From positions 126,499 to 190,498 of the IMG/VR virus record IMGVR_UViG_3300024520_000049: a stretch of 64,000 nucleotides of DNA. One strand, given 5' to 3'. Both the position numbers and the translations under genes were made by a program. The notes under the pieces were generated by a model. The model searched no databases, was not told where the DNA came from, and saw only the letters and a list, made by a program, of their open reading frames with translations. Below are positions 19,401-31,758 of this stretch, piece by piece. Within the stretch, counting starts at the first letter, position 1; each line of letters starts with the position of its first letter. This DNA comes from a virus.

Positions 19401-19595
19401 ATGAACCCAGAACAACGCAGAAAGATCAACATGCGGCAGCGCCGCGCTCATCTCATCAATCGCTGCAGCGATAGCGACCTCACCCCAGAACAACAAAAGG
19501 AGAAGAACGACCGTAAACACGCTCACCGCCTCGCCAACATGACCCCGTCGCACCTGGAGAGGATCAGAGCCTGGGATCGCCGCCACGGCCAATAG
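19401..19595 (+). CDS. short degenerate TPEQ-repeat protein
   Basis: MNPEQ, DLTPEQ, ANMTPS; lacks the zinc finger and the tail. Confidence 0.65.
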   Translation: MNPEQRRKINMRQRRAHLINRCSDSDLTPEQQKEKNDRKHAHRLANMTPSHLERIRAWDRRHGQ

Positions 19596-19663
19596 GCCCA
19601 CGAAGAAGACAGTCTTACAACGAAACGATAAAAACGACACGAAACGAACAAGGAATAAGAAAA

Positions 19664-20368
19664 ATGACTATCTCCGCAGAAAACAACGAAGAAAACAACG
19701 AACCCAAGCAGCAGAAAATCGAGCTGACAGACGAACAGTGCAAGAAGATCCTCGCCAGGGCCATCGCCCGTATGAAGGCAATGTCAGGCGACTGGAAATC
19801 CATCTCCGAGGACTTTGTTGAGCTCATCGACGGCCGTACTGACGGTAGGGATTACATCCGCAGCCGCCTCCCCGGCCTTTCGCTACATAGCCTAAACCTC
19901 TTTGAGAAGGTAGGTCGAGGAAGCTTGGACCCCCGCCTCGGCCCCAGCGCGATGATCCACAAGCCCCACATGCTGCGGAACCTCTCAATCGCTGACCAGC
20001 TTAAGACTCTTGACGAGAAGCTGTCTCTTGCGATACTCGGCGTCGATCCCGGCAACTTCCGGCTGGTGCGCTGGTCAGATGAGCTTTCGTTAAGCCAACG
20101 CAAGCAGCTGGTAAGCCACTCGGCGCTCCGGACGGTAGCAGAGCAGATCCTGTACCTGGAGGCTCTCCGCACCAACCGCCGCTTGAAGAGCGCAGACAAA
20201 GAGACAGCTGATTATTTCGTGAAGCCTAACGGCGTCGTGGTCTTCACAACGAAGAAAGAGGAGCATGAATGGGAACCAGAGGACCTGCTGCAGCTGGCGA
20301 CTAACGCCGTGAAGCGTGCCAGGGAGTGGGACAACAAGAGGAAGGGCAAAGGTACGTCAAAGCCGTGA
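19664..20368 (+). CDS. hypothetical protein
   Basis: 234-aa ORF after an A-rich leader with AAGGA. Confidence 0.7.
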   Translation: MTISAENNEENNEPKQQKIELTDEQCKKILARAIARMKAMSGDWKSISEDFVELIDGRTDGRDYIRSRLPGLSLHSLNLFEKVGRGSLDPRLGPSAMIHKPHMLRNLSIADQLKTLDEKLSLAILGVDPGNFRLVRWSDELSLSQRKQLVSHSALRTVAEQILYLEALRTNRRLKSADKETADYFVKPNGVVVFTTKKEEHEWEPEDLLQLATNAVKRAREWDNKRKGKGTSKP

Positions 20369-20729
20369 AGCTCGGCTCAGTGAGGGTCATCGTATACCTC
20401 AACCCGTTCGCTACCGTGAAGAGTCAAGTGTTCAAACAGCCTTGGGAGAAGGCGAACTACACTCTTCGGCAGCTGAACGTGGGTGTGAGGAACGTACGGA
20501 ATCACGTCCACGCCGAAGTGTACAGGGCGCGGGCGGGCATATGAAATCCGTTAAACAAATCATAAAGCACAACAGACTAGGCGTGGCCCATAAGGTACTG
20601 TACGGCTCAGGCAAGTACACACAGGTCCGTGGGCGCATGCTGCTAGGGCAGCCATTGGGCATGTTTGGCCGCATGCTCATGCTTGTAGACCACCAAATAG
20701 AAGAAGACCTAGGAGGAAGGAGAAGATGA
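20365..20729 (+). other. two mini-genes of the array family
   Basis: 20365-20544 (MKLGSV) and 20541-20729 (MKSVKQ...DHQIEED). Confidence 0.6.
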
Positions 20730-20837
20730 AGATCAAGAAGGCACAACCCCGCGTCTGGGGTGTGCTTACGGACGCGGGTGGCAGAACGCCTGCGACAAGC
20801 GACAACAAGAACCACACGAGTAAGGAAGAAGACGAAA

Positions 20838-21959
20838 ATGACTGATGCTATAAATGACCAAATGTCCGATGATCTTGGCGGCGCCAAACCATCGACTACA
20901 CCAAACGCGCTGGCTGACGCTGCGGCAAAGCCTACCAAAGCAAAAAATAAGAAGATCGAATCGTTGACGCCTGAGCAGGAGGCGGCGATACCTGAGTTCC
21001 GTGATCGCTGGATTGCGATTGGACTGCAGACTCGCAAGTACGACAAGACCATGGTGCCAGAGCTGATGGCTCGCATCTACAAAGAGGGCGGGCTCGAGCC
21101 GCCCCAGCACATCCTGCATCTGACGTCACCAATGGCGGCCAATGCGCTCATCAACCTGCTGCAGGACAACGAAGACCACCCCATGAAAGAGGCCGATGTC
21201 TCTTTGACCACGGTTGAAGGCTACGGCGCCGACGGGGCCACCTCGTTCGACATTCGCTCAATGACAGTTGACGATAAGACGCCGGACCTGCGGGCACTGT
21301 GCAAGGACAAAACCCTGGACACAGTACACAATGGGGCTGCCTGCTACGGTGCTCACGACGCGGCCTGGCTGGGCTTCTACGAGTTCTGGATGGAGGCCGG
21401 CATTGAGGAATGCAAGCAGCTGCTTCCGCTCATGGACGCGGCCAAAGCCGCTGTGGGCTGGTTCTACCCGTTCGAGGAGGCTTGTATCGTCACACCGCTG
21501 CCTACTGAGCTGCACCGTGATGATGAAGGTCGCTTGCACAACACAGAAGGTGCTGCTCTGATCTTTGATGATGGCTGGGGCGTATGGAGCGTCAACGGCG
21601 TGCGTGTGCCGCGCAAGATCATCGAAGAGAAGGACAAGATCACTGCTCAGGACATCCTCGATGAGGAGAATGCAGAGATCCGCCGTGTTATGATGGAGTT
21701 CCTCGGCACAGAGAAGTTCATCCAGGAGTCTGGTGCCCGCTTGGTGCACAAGGACGATTGGGGGGAGCTCTACGAGAAGGAGCTTGAGGACGACGAACCT
21801 CTCTGTATGGTGAAGGTGGTGAACAGCACACCTGAGCCAGACGGGCATTATAAGGATTACTGGATTCGGGTACGTCCGGGGTGTGAGACGGCACATGACG
21901 CTGTTGCCTCTACCTTCCACCGGACGGCTGAAACCTACGATCCTTCCGTAGAAACCTGA
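20838..21959 (+). CDS. DUF6745 domain protein
   Basis: IESLTPEQEAAIPEFRDRW, YGAHDAAWLGFY, GWFYPF, GRLHNTEGAAL, ENAEIRRVM, VVNSTPEPDG..KDYWIRV. Confidence 0.8.
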   Translation: MTDAINDQMSDDLGGAKPSTTPNALADAAAKPTKAKNKKIESLTPEQEAAIPEFRDRWIAIGLQTRKYDKTMVPELMARIYKEGGLEPPQHILHLTSPMAANALINLLQDNEDHPMKEADVSLTTVEGYGADGATSFDIRSMTVDDKTPDLRALCKDKTLDTVHNGAACYGAHDAAWLGFYEFWMEAGIEECKQLLPLMDAAKAAVGWFYPFEEACIVTPLPTELHRDDEGRLHNTEGAALIFDDGWGVWSVNGVRVPRKIIEEKDKITAQDILDEENAEIRRVMMEFLGTEKFIQESGARLVHKDDWGELYEKELEDDEPLCMVKVVNSTPEPDGHYKDYWIRVRPGCETAHDAVASTFHRTAETYDPSVET

Positions 21960-21966
21960 TATAACT

Positions 21967-22005
21967 GCTATCCCAGGGCCGCTGCAATGGTGGTCCTGGG
22001 ATAGC
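21967..22005 (+). terminator. strong stem-loop after the DUF6745 gene
   Basis: gctatcccagg/cctgggatagc; weak U tract. Confidence 0.55.
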
Positions 22006-22019
22006 GATTTGGAGATTAT

Positions 22020-25000
22020 ATGCAGTTAATTCGACGAAGAGTAGAAGTGAAGGAGCGTGCCATCCAGAGATCGTCGGCCAGGATCTCAGAGGAGCATGTG
22101 TATAAGGATTCGACCTGCGACGTCTTGCGGGCGTACCATATAAAACTTTACGAGGCGCTACACGCGGAAGCTCCAGCGCAGGCAGTTGATCCAAGATCTT
22201 CTGCGACTGTGCTCCAACTGTCCGACCAATTACAGGACGATGCATGAAGAACGCTGTTATACATGCAGTGGTTATCACCCCAGGCGGGAGATCAGCCACG
22301 ATTATTGTGAGCCACCACGACCAATTCTGGGTGGGGCATGCGCAGAGACGAGAGCAGGAACGACAACTACTGGAGGCGCAATCTTATGAGGTTAAAGCAG
22401 CAAGTCACGCCCAAGGTTAACCAGCGAATGTACGCCAGCGACCTGGCGATCAATGGACTTTTTACACTGGAACTGTGGTCGAATCTCATTCACCCCGACC
22501 GCCATCGCGAGGCGATACATGAGGAACTATACGATGAAGCTCGGACCGACAATGAAGTATGAGGTGTATCGGCAGGTCCAGGAAGGAGCCGCTGTCTGCG
22601 CACCCCCAGACCTGTTGTCTGGAGGACCGCACCCAGCCACGATGCGCCCCGGCGCTGTCTCAAGATATCTCCACCCGATCGCCAATCATGCCCATGAAAT
22701 TGCGCACCAGCTGGGCGCGGAGCTATGGGACGGGGAGGTGCTGTTACGAGGTTGGGGCCGACTCGCCGAGACCACATCAAGGCAACTACCCGCCAGGGCT
22801 ACGATTTAATCCCACGCACCAACAACGGTCACATTCACAGCATGCCGATCGGCAGCGTGGAGCTGATGGCGCAGGGACAGATTGACGGGATGATCTATGA
22901 GATAGAGGACAAACTGCAGGAAGACGTAACAGGGAGGAGGGCAAATCTATGGCGATGAGATTAGGATACACGAGTGAGCGCGGCCGTATACAAGAGGATC
23001 CCCGCCACCGCGTCTCGATGGCGTGCCACCAGGCGGATAGGCGTCTACTTAATGGTGCCTCTTTGGCGCCCCTCTTCTCCATACTGCTGCAGGATGTGCG
23101 GGATGCTGCTAGAGATCAGCTGCTTATCGATGTCGCGCCAAAGCCCAGGGACTGGAACGGGCAGGTGCTCCTGTGAAGTTGGGAGAGTCCGCAGGGAAGA
23201 CAATAACGCAGCTGTGCTTTGACTCGCCCGCCAGCAACGCCGTCATCATGCACGATGCTGCCACGGTGGATAGGTGGAGAAGGTTGGCATTCCCAGCACC
23301 ACTGTTCCACCCAATCACAAATAGCCAAAGCGGCCAACTAGAGGAGGACGCCAAATGAAGATAGAGACAGACAAGTTTATACGTCAGCGCCTCCGCCTCT
23401 ATGCGGAGTTGCGCAAGAACGTGATAGCGCCGTATGGCTTTGCGGTGTTCAACGAGGTCGCTACCGAGTTCGGCGCTTTCCGCACCCCAGGTACACAACC
23501 ATTAAGACAATTGCTCCACCAGCTAGTTTGGGAGGGTATGTAATGAGATTAACCTGCCCACAGAAGGGCCTGATCGATCGCAACCTTAAGGACCATATTT
23601 TCAGCGGGATAATAATAGGGGCGGGGCCGCTGTTCACGAGGAAAACGAACCCGCAGCGATTCTTCGATTCAACGGGCGGCCGTCACGTAGGGGACGTTAT
23701 CGCTACCGAGATCCGCCGCCGAAACTAAAGGATTAAAACTAATGCAAATCAAGGCTGTGCCCACCTCGGAGCTCCGCAACCGCTCACTGCGCGCCGAGGA
23801 TTATCTACACGCAGCAAAGCGTGCGAAGATGGGGCGGTACATTGCTCGGCTGGAGGCGCAAAGAGATAACATAAACAAGAAGCGGCGATCGATTTTCGAC
23901 TGCTGCTGGAGGTGACAGGTGAAGGTTAGCCATATGGATATGTGCCAGCACGAGGTGCGGGACTGTAAGATGATAGCCGCCCACACAGCTATTAGAGCCG
24001 CGCGCCCAAGCCAGTACAGCCGAGAGCTTCTGCTGGTTCGGGATGACCTTCACCCCCAGCTTAATGCGGTAATGGACCAAATCGAGGAGGACGCATGAAG
24101 GTTGAAAGATCAATACGCAAACACCTCGGACACGCGGGGCTAAACGCCCGTGTAGGCGCAATCGCCGTTGACGCTGCCCAGAAGAAGTACTCCCCGCAAC
24201 CCCCAGGCCTTCTGATACTGGCGCTAACGATTGAGCAAGAGGTAAGGCGAGGGATTAAAGATGAAGGTTAAACATGTAAACCAGTGTCGCCACAAGGTTT
24301 GGCACCCTGTAGAGGGGTTAGCACGCTTCGCTATCAGAGGTCGCGTCAGCAACCAAAGCTATACCAAGCTGGTGGTGGAGCTCATCCAGGAGGTGTTATC
24401 TCCTGACCTAATACGAATAGTCGCCGATCAACTCGAGGAGGATGCCCGTGAAGTGTAAGCTAGGCAGCTCAGTACAGCGTGCAGCCAGCCAGGCCTCGTC
24501 GGTCACCCACATTACTTACCCACACTTTGAGGGCCTGGACGAGGAGCTCTGGTGGTTAACCTTGGCAAGACTTGTCAACAACCACAAGGATGGGATGATA
24601 ACCCGAACACCTGAGCAGCTACGCCTACGCGCCCAGCTGACGGATGACTGGAGGCGGTACCCATGCCAGCTATCTCACGCCTATGGGTTTCTTCCAGATC
24701 ACGGGTAAGTCAACAAGGGCATAACGCTGCCCACCGGGCCGTGGACCGCGCCGTCGCCGACGAGGCCTGGGAGAAAGTCTCCAAAGGCATCCCCCACGTT
24801 ACTGCCGACAACCGCGAAGACATTCGCAAAGCGCTGACGGATGACTGGAGGCGGTACCCATGACAACCATTTCACGCCGATGGCTGCCTGTCAAAGTATG
24901 GGTAGACAGCCATAACCGCAACGGCCTTCAGGAGCGCGTAGCCATCGCTGTAGCCGAAAGCTCCTGGATAGCCGCTGCCGAAGGTATTGCTATGCGCGGG

Positions 25001-27293
25001 ATCGGGCACACCATCGCGGCTAATCGCCACGAGGCGCTGGCGCAGATGGGGGCGGATTGGGGTCACGCGGAGGACTGGGAATGAAGCTGGGCGATCAGGC
25101 GACGACGACCTACGGCCCCTCCTCAGAAGTTTATGTTGCGGTACGAGCCAGTTGGGGGCCGACCCTCAAGACGAGCCCTGGCCTGTTACTGAGTCTTGTC
25201 ATAGGAACCAACCTCATAAATGAGGTGCAGCACGCCATCCTCGATGACACACACCTGGAGGACACATGAAGTTGAGTGAGACTGTTACAAAAGCTGGACG
25301 CAAGCTGAACCACTCAGTGCATTACTCGGTACACGTTGAGGTCACCCATAAGCCTAATCGGTGTACACGCCACCACGATCTGCGAGATCACTACGCAGAG
25401 CTCGCGTTGCATAATGTGGTCGTATGGCGCGGTGTGCGTGAGCAATTAAAGGAGGACACATGAAGTTGAACAGCGTGATGCTCGAGCTCGGCCGACCCGA
25501 GGTGAAGCTCAGGCGCAAATTAGTAGGTGGCCAGATCGACCTGCTGGCTGATCACGAACTGTGGAGCCTGGATGAGATAGAGACCATCATATGGGCGATA
25601 ATGGAAGAATCGACCTACTACTACGACAAGCACCCCATCTGGGCGGAGGAGGACCAGCCATGAGAATAGCTAAAGAGAAAAGCGGGCTTCTCCGCAGTTG
25701 TGCCCGATCCCGTGCACGCCAAGGCGTGCACCGGGCGGTAAAACACACGATCGATACACCATCCCTAGTCGTGAGAGTCTGGTCCGGGGATGGCTTGTCT
25801 CGCCAGCCGCTCCTGCGCCAGATACGCGATGACGTTGTTGCTGACTACCCGCGTCTTCGCCGCATCAGCGGCGGGGGGAACTCAGTATGAAGCTGAAACC
25901 AGTAATACGCGAGGACATCCGCAGAATCCGCCCCGCCAATGACGCGGTACCCCGGGTAAAACGGAGACCACCATGGACGAGGCAGGCAGCGGTGCTGAAG
26001 TATATAGGCAGTACCGAGAGCTCCAGGTACGCAGTGATGGCTGAGGTCTGCATCGATATAAAGAGGGATAGCCTATGAAGTTGAAATCAGCGAAGCTCGG
26101 GGGCGGCTTGCGGCTTCGCTCCTCCAGTCACATCTGGGTACGTACGAAGCCGATCGGCCCGACGCAGTGGTGGCGCGTAAAGGACAGGCTGATGCATAGC
26201 GAGCCCTGGCCAAGCACCTTCCATGCTGTAGAGCTGGTGCTTGACGCAGCGATCGGCCAGATGTGGGCCGACGCCGAGGAGGACGCATGAAGCTGAAATC
26301 AGTGAAGCTTGATGCGGGGAAGCAGCTCCGCAGCTTCTACGTGGGCGGCACACCACACAACGTGCCGGAGGAACTTTGGCAGTCCTGGCAGCATACACGA
26401 ACCCATCTCGCTCAGGTTATCATAATGGGGCCGGGAGGGCAGCCATACCATATGATGAACAACCAGATGTGGGTAGACTGGAAGGGGGATGCATGGCAAT
26501 GAAGCTGATATCAGTGGTGCAAAGGGTGAACTATGGTGCCATACGCAATGTCCCAGACCTAGAAGAGGACCTTACACTAATTACGCAAACACGCGGAGAG
26601 TTCATGCCCCCAGCGGCTCTGCGTATCGCCCTGCAATCCCGCAATGGGGTGTGGGACCAGATGCGAGCGGATTGCTGGGGGTGGGAGATACGATCATGAA
26701 GCCGATACCTGTAAAAACAAGAGTTAGCGGAGGCCAGATGAAAGCGAAACTCAGATACCCCTTGCGCAGAGATGTACCCAGGTCAGCAATACGCGAAGCA
26801 TTTGTCCGCCACCCAAGCGCCTGCTTAGTTGTGCACGTGTCCAATGCGGTGGCTACTCAGGTGTTCGTCGACACCTGGACGTGGCTATGACGTCTGCACG
26901 ATGTAAAGTCGGGCTGCACTGGCTCGGCACCAAAGCTGAGAAGGCCATGCCTCGTAACGCCGTTGAACTGTGGATCCTGGCCCGCAGAAAGACAGGAGTC
27001 GATCAGCAACGAGCACTGGTGCTGCCTGATCCGGTGCTCGGCCAACTACACGACGACTGGAAGAAGGACACACCCCCATGAAGGTAACAAGGAGCACATC
27101 CAGGCGCAGAGCGGTCAACTGCCCGTTCCAGGCTCTGGGCATCAGCTCTCAGGCCAAGGACCTGGTGGATGAGGATTTATGGTGGCTCGTCAAGTACAAG
27201 CTACAGCCAGGCCCGTGGGTTGGCGTAAGCCGAGAAGGAGACAGTATCAAGACGGAAATCGAGCTTGATAGTCATAAAAATTCACCTATATAG
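22020..27293 (+). other. tandem array of about 27 coupled mini-genes (about 55-90 aa)
   Basis: Starts include 22020, 22244, 22386, 22955, 23173, 23355, 23919, 24095, 24261, 24663, 24860, 25081, 25266, 25460, 25660, 25887, 26075, 26287, 26499, 26696, 26887 and 27078; MK(L/V/I) N-termini, xQL/IxED-like C-termini. Confidence 0.8.
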
Positions 27294-27411
27294 GTGCAAG
27301 AAATGCAGGTGGGGAGAAATAGGAGGACCCCCCTCAGGTAGTGGTAATAGTTAAAAAGTGGGTCTAGATTAGAGGCCTCAACAACACAAACAAACGGACA
27401 AGGAGAAGAGA

Positions 27412-27753
27412 ATGGCGAAACAGAAGATCTACCGTCAAGGCGACGTGCTCGTCGTTGCACTGGACGAATTCCCTAAGGGAGTTGACAGCAGCAAGATGAA
27501 GAAGTACAACCACGCCGATCAGCTGGTGCTTGCCTATGGCGAGACCACTGGCCACCACCACACCGTGGTAGGTAACAGCAAGGTGGCCGAAGCGCTCAAG
27601 GAAGAGTACGGAGAAGACATCTTCTTCGAGCTGGATAAGCCCAGCGCACTCACCCATGATGAGCATGACACCGTGGAACTTCCAGCAGGGAAGTACCAGA
27701 AGGTGCAACAGCAGGAGTACTCTCCTGACGCATACCGGGACGTGCGCGACTAA
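27412..27753 (+). CDS. His-rich small partner of DUF6745 (YRQGDV...GExTGHxH family)
   Basis: YRQGDVLV, LAYGETTGHHH, LTHDEH, LPAGKY..QQQEY. Confidence 0.8.
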   Translation: MAKQKIYRQGDVLVVALDEFPKGVDSSKMKKYNHADQLVLAYGETTGHHHTVVGNSKVAEALKEEYGEDIFFELDKPSALTHDEHDTVELPAGKYQKVQQQEYSPDAYRDVRD

Positions 27754-27771
27754 GTTTCTCGCCAGACCCGT

Positions 27772-27813
27772 GGGCCAGCAACCATTCTTCAGGTTGCTGG
27801 CCCTTTTTATTTT
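27772..27813 (+). terminator. rho-independent terminator
   Basis: gggccagcaacc/ggttgctggccc followed by TTTTTATTTT. Confidence 0.85.
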
Positions 27814-27890
27814 CAGCAGGGTATATGTGAGCATTTAGCCTGTGAAACCTACTTAAACGATAACATGTAAACACTTAGCGAGGAGGGCAT

Positions 27891-28094
27891 ATGAAGCCAC
27901 GAGGATACAAAGAACAGACGGGTATCCCCTGCTGCGCCAACTGCGTGTTCGGAGGATACCTGGGCGCCCAGGAGCAGCCAGAGCGCATGGCCATCTGTGA
28001 GGTCATGGGCGAGTGTGAGTCCGGAGCCTACTCGGATATCGCCGTCGAGCCGCTGGGCATTTGCGACGCCTGGAACAGCAGAGCTGGCACATGA
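27891..28094 (+). CDS. small Cys-rich (HiPIP-like CxxC...C...CDxW) protein
   Basis: CCANCVF...C...GICDAW. Confidence 0.55.
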   Translation: MKPRGYKEQTGIPCCANCVFGGYLGAQEQPERMAICEVMGECESGAYSDIAVEPLGICDAWNSRAGT

Positions 28095-29804
28095 AGCTGG
28101 GTGAGCGTATGCCCGGCGCCCTCTTCGAGGTAGACCAGAAACTCCAGGAGCTATCTGCCACCCGCAGCATCAAGCGCTATGTGGCTGAGGCTATAGACGG
28201 TACAGGCGACGAGGCTCTTGAGGACGAGTACTGGAGCATCTCATTAGCGATCGATTTCATTGAGGATCAGATAGAGGAGGACATATGCAACTAAAGAGTG
28301 TTGTCGAGCAGGTGAGCAGCACCAAGAGCTTCCCAGCGCTGTCTGATCACGTAGACACAGGCCCACGGGTAGTGGTGATCGCGAGTATGGGTAACGGTGG
28401 TTGGGATGTAGCGAGGGAGACACGCGCAGAGATCTCCCGCCAGGTGCGGAAGGAGGACATATGAAGCTGGGCTACGCAGTCTTCGCACAGGTTCGCCATA
28501 AGCTCAGCAACGCCGCTTGCGATTGCCTACTGCAGGAAGGCATGGCGATCGATATGGCTAATGAGTGGAGAGCGCCACGGGCAGGGACGACCATCACAGA
28601 GAATCACATCGAGGACCAACTAGCGGAGGATGCATGAATAGCGTTATTAAACAGGTAACGGGGCAAGTCATCCCTGCGGGCATCCCGGAGATGATCTCTA
28701 TGTATGTGGAGACGCAGCTCGTCGAGGAGCTTGCTGAGCCGGTTCAAGCCGCCACCCTCTTCACTGCGGAGATCGCTACTGAGGTAATTCTTAAGCAACG
28801 CGGCACGTGGGGCTGGCACGCATGAAGCTGGGAGACATGCAGCTTTTCGGCGGGGTGTGCAAGCTCCGCCCTGCGCCTAGCGACTTCCTAGATAGCCAGG
28901 TGTGCCCTGTCCCATGGGCAACCACGATCAGGGCTATGCGCATCAAAGTATGGCGCGCCCACACACCGTTCCGCGAGGCAGAAGCTGATCAACTGCGGGA
29001 GGACGTATGAAGCTTAGCAATCATGTCTCGGTGCAGGTCCGCCAAGAGCGTAGCACGGGTGCTTGCGAGACCCTCCTTCAACGCAGTAGCGCGGTAACTA
29101 TGACGAGTAAGTGGGCCGCCCGGCGGACGTTCACCGCTACCATAGAGAGACACATCAATGACCAACTGAAGGAGGACACATGAAGCTGATTAGCACACGG
29201 CGCCGCAGTGATAAGAAGTTAGAGCTCTATATGAAGCCACGCATCTATACGCAGCTAGGGCATCGGGCATGGTCGAAGGTTCTCGCTACCATACCCGATG
29301 GCTGCCCCTCTCATCGAATAAGGAGAGATGCTCAAGTACACCACGGGACCCGTGATAGGCCGAACAACACACTCAAACGACAGCTGGAGGCGGACATGCT
29401 ATGAAGATAGGAGCACCAGCACGGAAGGCTATCAAGTCAACCATCTGTCGCGGGCTGTGGACGACCGCCAAACTGAGCGTTTACCATAAAGGGAAGACGG
29501 GCACGCTGGCACTGGGCCCGATGAGCGATGATCCCGCGACCGCCTTGTTGCAGGCAGTCTTGAGCGCCCCAATCCTGCAGCTAGAGGAGGATGTATGAAG
29601 ATGATGTCCGTTAACCAGCCAGTCAGGTACAATCTGGCCCACAGGGTGTACGAAGACACCTCACAGCATATACCCTGGGGAGGGTCAACACCCGCATTCT
29701 CCCCAGTACCAGCACTCAGCCAAGCACTTGGCTGGATATCTGAGGGGATTAGACATGAGTTCAAATATAAAGGAAAGGATAATGAGAGCAGAAAGCACAA
29801 GTAA
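28091..29804 (+). other. tandem array of 9 mini-genes
   Basis: Starts 28091, 28285, 28461, 28634, 28822, 29007, 29180, 29401, 29595; ends DQIEED, DQLAED, DQLRED, DQLKED, LQLEED. Confidence 0.8.
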
Positions 29805-30222
29805 ATGGACTTACCTCGGTGAGCCCGGTGGCCGTGGAGGCCATCATGACGACCAGCTGCGGTTCGCCCGCAACAATGAGAGCGGAGAGCTGTATCTCTT
29901 CGACCGCAGCGGGGAGAACCCCGACCTTACAGACGACGCGCCCTGCCGGGTGCTGATACACAAGCCCATCACAATCGCATCTGGCGCCGGCAAAGGTAGC
30001 AAAGAGATCCACTGCCGCGTGTCGGTTATGGTAGAGGATCCAGAGCCCGGGATCTATGCAATGCCCATTCACTACGAAGCTGCCATGTGGCTGCACGAGA
30101 CCCACGAGACACGGATCCTGCCAGCGGAAGGCGACAAGCGCATCCTGCGTATGCTTCGCCTCTTCCAGCTGGTATCGGTGCCGCTCACGCCTGAGGAGGA
30201 GGGTATCTTTGATGAAGACTAA
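29782..30222 (+). CDS. hypothetical protein
   Basis: AAGGA site; 146 aa. Confidence 0.65.
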   Translation: MRAESTSKWTYLGEPGGRGGHHDDQLRFARNNESGELYLFDRSGENPDLTDDAPCRVLIHKPITIASGAGKGSKEIHCRVSVMVEDPEPGIYAMPIHYEAAMWLHETHETRILPAEGDKRILRMLRLFQLVSVPLTPEEEGIFDED

Positions 30223-30439
30223 CCCGATAGATAAACAAAAGGCAGCCAATCGCCGGCATAAGCGCCGGCTAAGAGAGTCTGCAGAAGTCACCGCCCGCGC
30301 GACTGCATCTGCTGAAGTCACTGCCCGCCTGATGCAGCTGCTGGCCAACAAAGGCCTGGTAACGGCTGAGGAGATCGTGCAGGTAGCGAATGGCCAGTCT
30401 CCTAAGGAGCTGGGCTACTCCGACTGCGGGCTAGTATGA
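30212..30439 (+). CDS. hypothetical protein
   Basis: GGAGG site; LLANKGLVTAEEI. Confidence 0.6.
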   Translation: MKTNPIDKQKAANRRHKRRLRESAEVTARATASAEVTARLMQLLANKGLVTAEEIVQVANGQSPKELGYSDCGLV

Positions 30440-31498
30440 CCAGCGTGAAATATGAAGTGCTCCGCCAGGTGATGGACTCAGTGTGGGCCCAGGTGATAGC
30501 CCCGGCAGACTGCCTTGTGGTAGCCCGGCTACGCCAGCAAGCGCAGCCGAAGGTGCAGCTGCGAGTTCGAGCTCAGGTGAGCGGCGCAGTGTGGGAGCAA
30601 CTAGAGGAGGACGCCCATGAAGCTGGCTAGCGCGCGAGAACGGGTAGATGACCTGGTGTTGGACCGAGTGCACTTGACCATGTGTGCACAGGTAGTCTGC
30701 CTTATCGGACACCCGGCGTGGCCGCAGGCGGACGCTCTGGTGAGCCATGCTCTGCTGCGCCGGCTGGAGGATCAATTAAAGGAGGATCACGATGACTAAC
30801 GTATCAGTTAGAGTTGACGAGCGAGTGAGCACACAGCTTTACGCCCGCTCACGGAGACACGTGAATTCCTACGTTCGCCTGCAGCCCCGGGATGCTGTGC
30901 ACTGGCAGACCTTCGTCGAAGTACACCCCCGCTTGCGGGTCAGCGTGTGGGGCCAGGTGTGGGACCAACTGGATGAGGACATCGATGATTAACGTATCAG
31001 CTGAAGTACAGCTTCGAGTTCGTGAGCAGCACTGGAGCTCAGTACACCTCCAGGCGTGGCGCGGCACGTGGGATCGTGTGCACCGCCAAGTGGAAGATCA
31101 GGTGTATACCTCACTTCATACCCAGGTGGCATTCCACGTTGAGCGCCAACTCGGGAATCAACTAACGGAGGACATCGATGATTAACGTATCAGCTGAAGT
31201 GTACGATCGAGTACGACGACAGCGGTGGGCCTCCACGCATCGTCAAGCGTGGTGTCACACGTGGGGGCGTGTGCATCACCGCGTGGAGGATAAGGTGTAC
31301 CGCGCTATTGCTGCGGATGTGCATCTTCAGGTGCAGGATCGAATGTGGGACCAACTAGAGGAGGACGCTGATGATTAGCAAAGATACTTACGTCCGCGGC
31401 CAGGTGCATAATCTAGTGTGGGCTATAGCAGCCCACCACGTAGCTAAGGCTACACATACTTCGGTGGAGGACCAAGTGATTGACCAGATGCAAGGGTA
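30436..31498 (+). other. tandem array of 6 mini-genes (QV/W-rich)
   Basis: Starts 30436, 30617, 30792, 30985, 31178, 31371; ends WEQLEED, DQLKED, WDQLDED, NQLTED, WDQLEED. Confidence 0.85.
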
Positions 31499-31554
31499 GA
31501 GTAGGTAAGAGTACCAAGGATTAGTGAGACCAGACCAACACACGAAGGACGAAA

Positions 31555-31758
31555 ATGATTGAGAAGTTCGGACACGCGATCACGAACTCAGCAGACACCC
31601 GTGTCGCAGTCAAGATGATTGCGGAGCAGCACGTGATGGAGGATTGCGGCTTCATCCCCACCATTCAGGACTGGACTACCCCGATGGGCAAGACCCCTGA
31701 GAGCTGGATGCTGCGCGTGCACACAACCACAGTACTAGCGTTGGAGGTAGAAGAATGA
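31555..31758 (+). pseudogene. N-terminally truncated DUF6915-like protein
   Basis: FG.AITNS...IAEQHVMEDCGFIPTIQDW matches only the C-terminal half of the family as recalled. Confidence 0.55.

Larger units (their letters stand above)
17964..19404 (+). repeat. 88-bp near-identical direct repeat (x3): constant C-terminus plus ribosome site
   Basis: Copies at 17964-18051, 18648-18735 and 19317-19404. Confidence 0.9.

Noticed and set aside
20955-20990. LTPEQ in the DUF6745 protein matching the upstream TPEQ repeats
   Set aside because: TPEQ is a generic helix N-cap and appears to be part of the normal DUF6745 N-terminus, so it is not evidence of a relationship.
22020-31498. Stop-codon reassignment making the mini-ORFs one long gene
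   Set aside because: Successive ORFs change frame through ATGA overlaps and most have their own GGAGG. thyA and the transferases are intact in the standard code.
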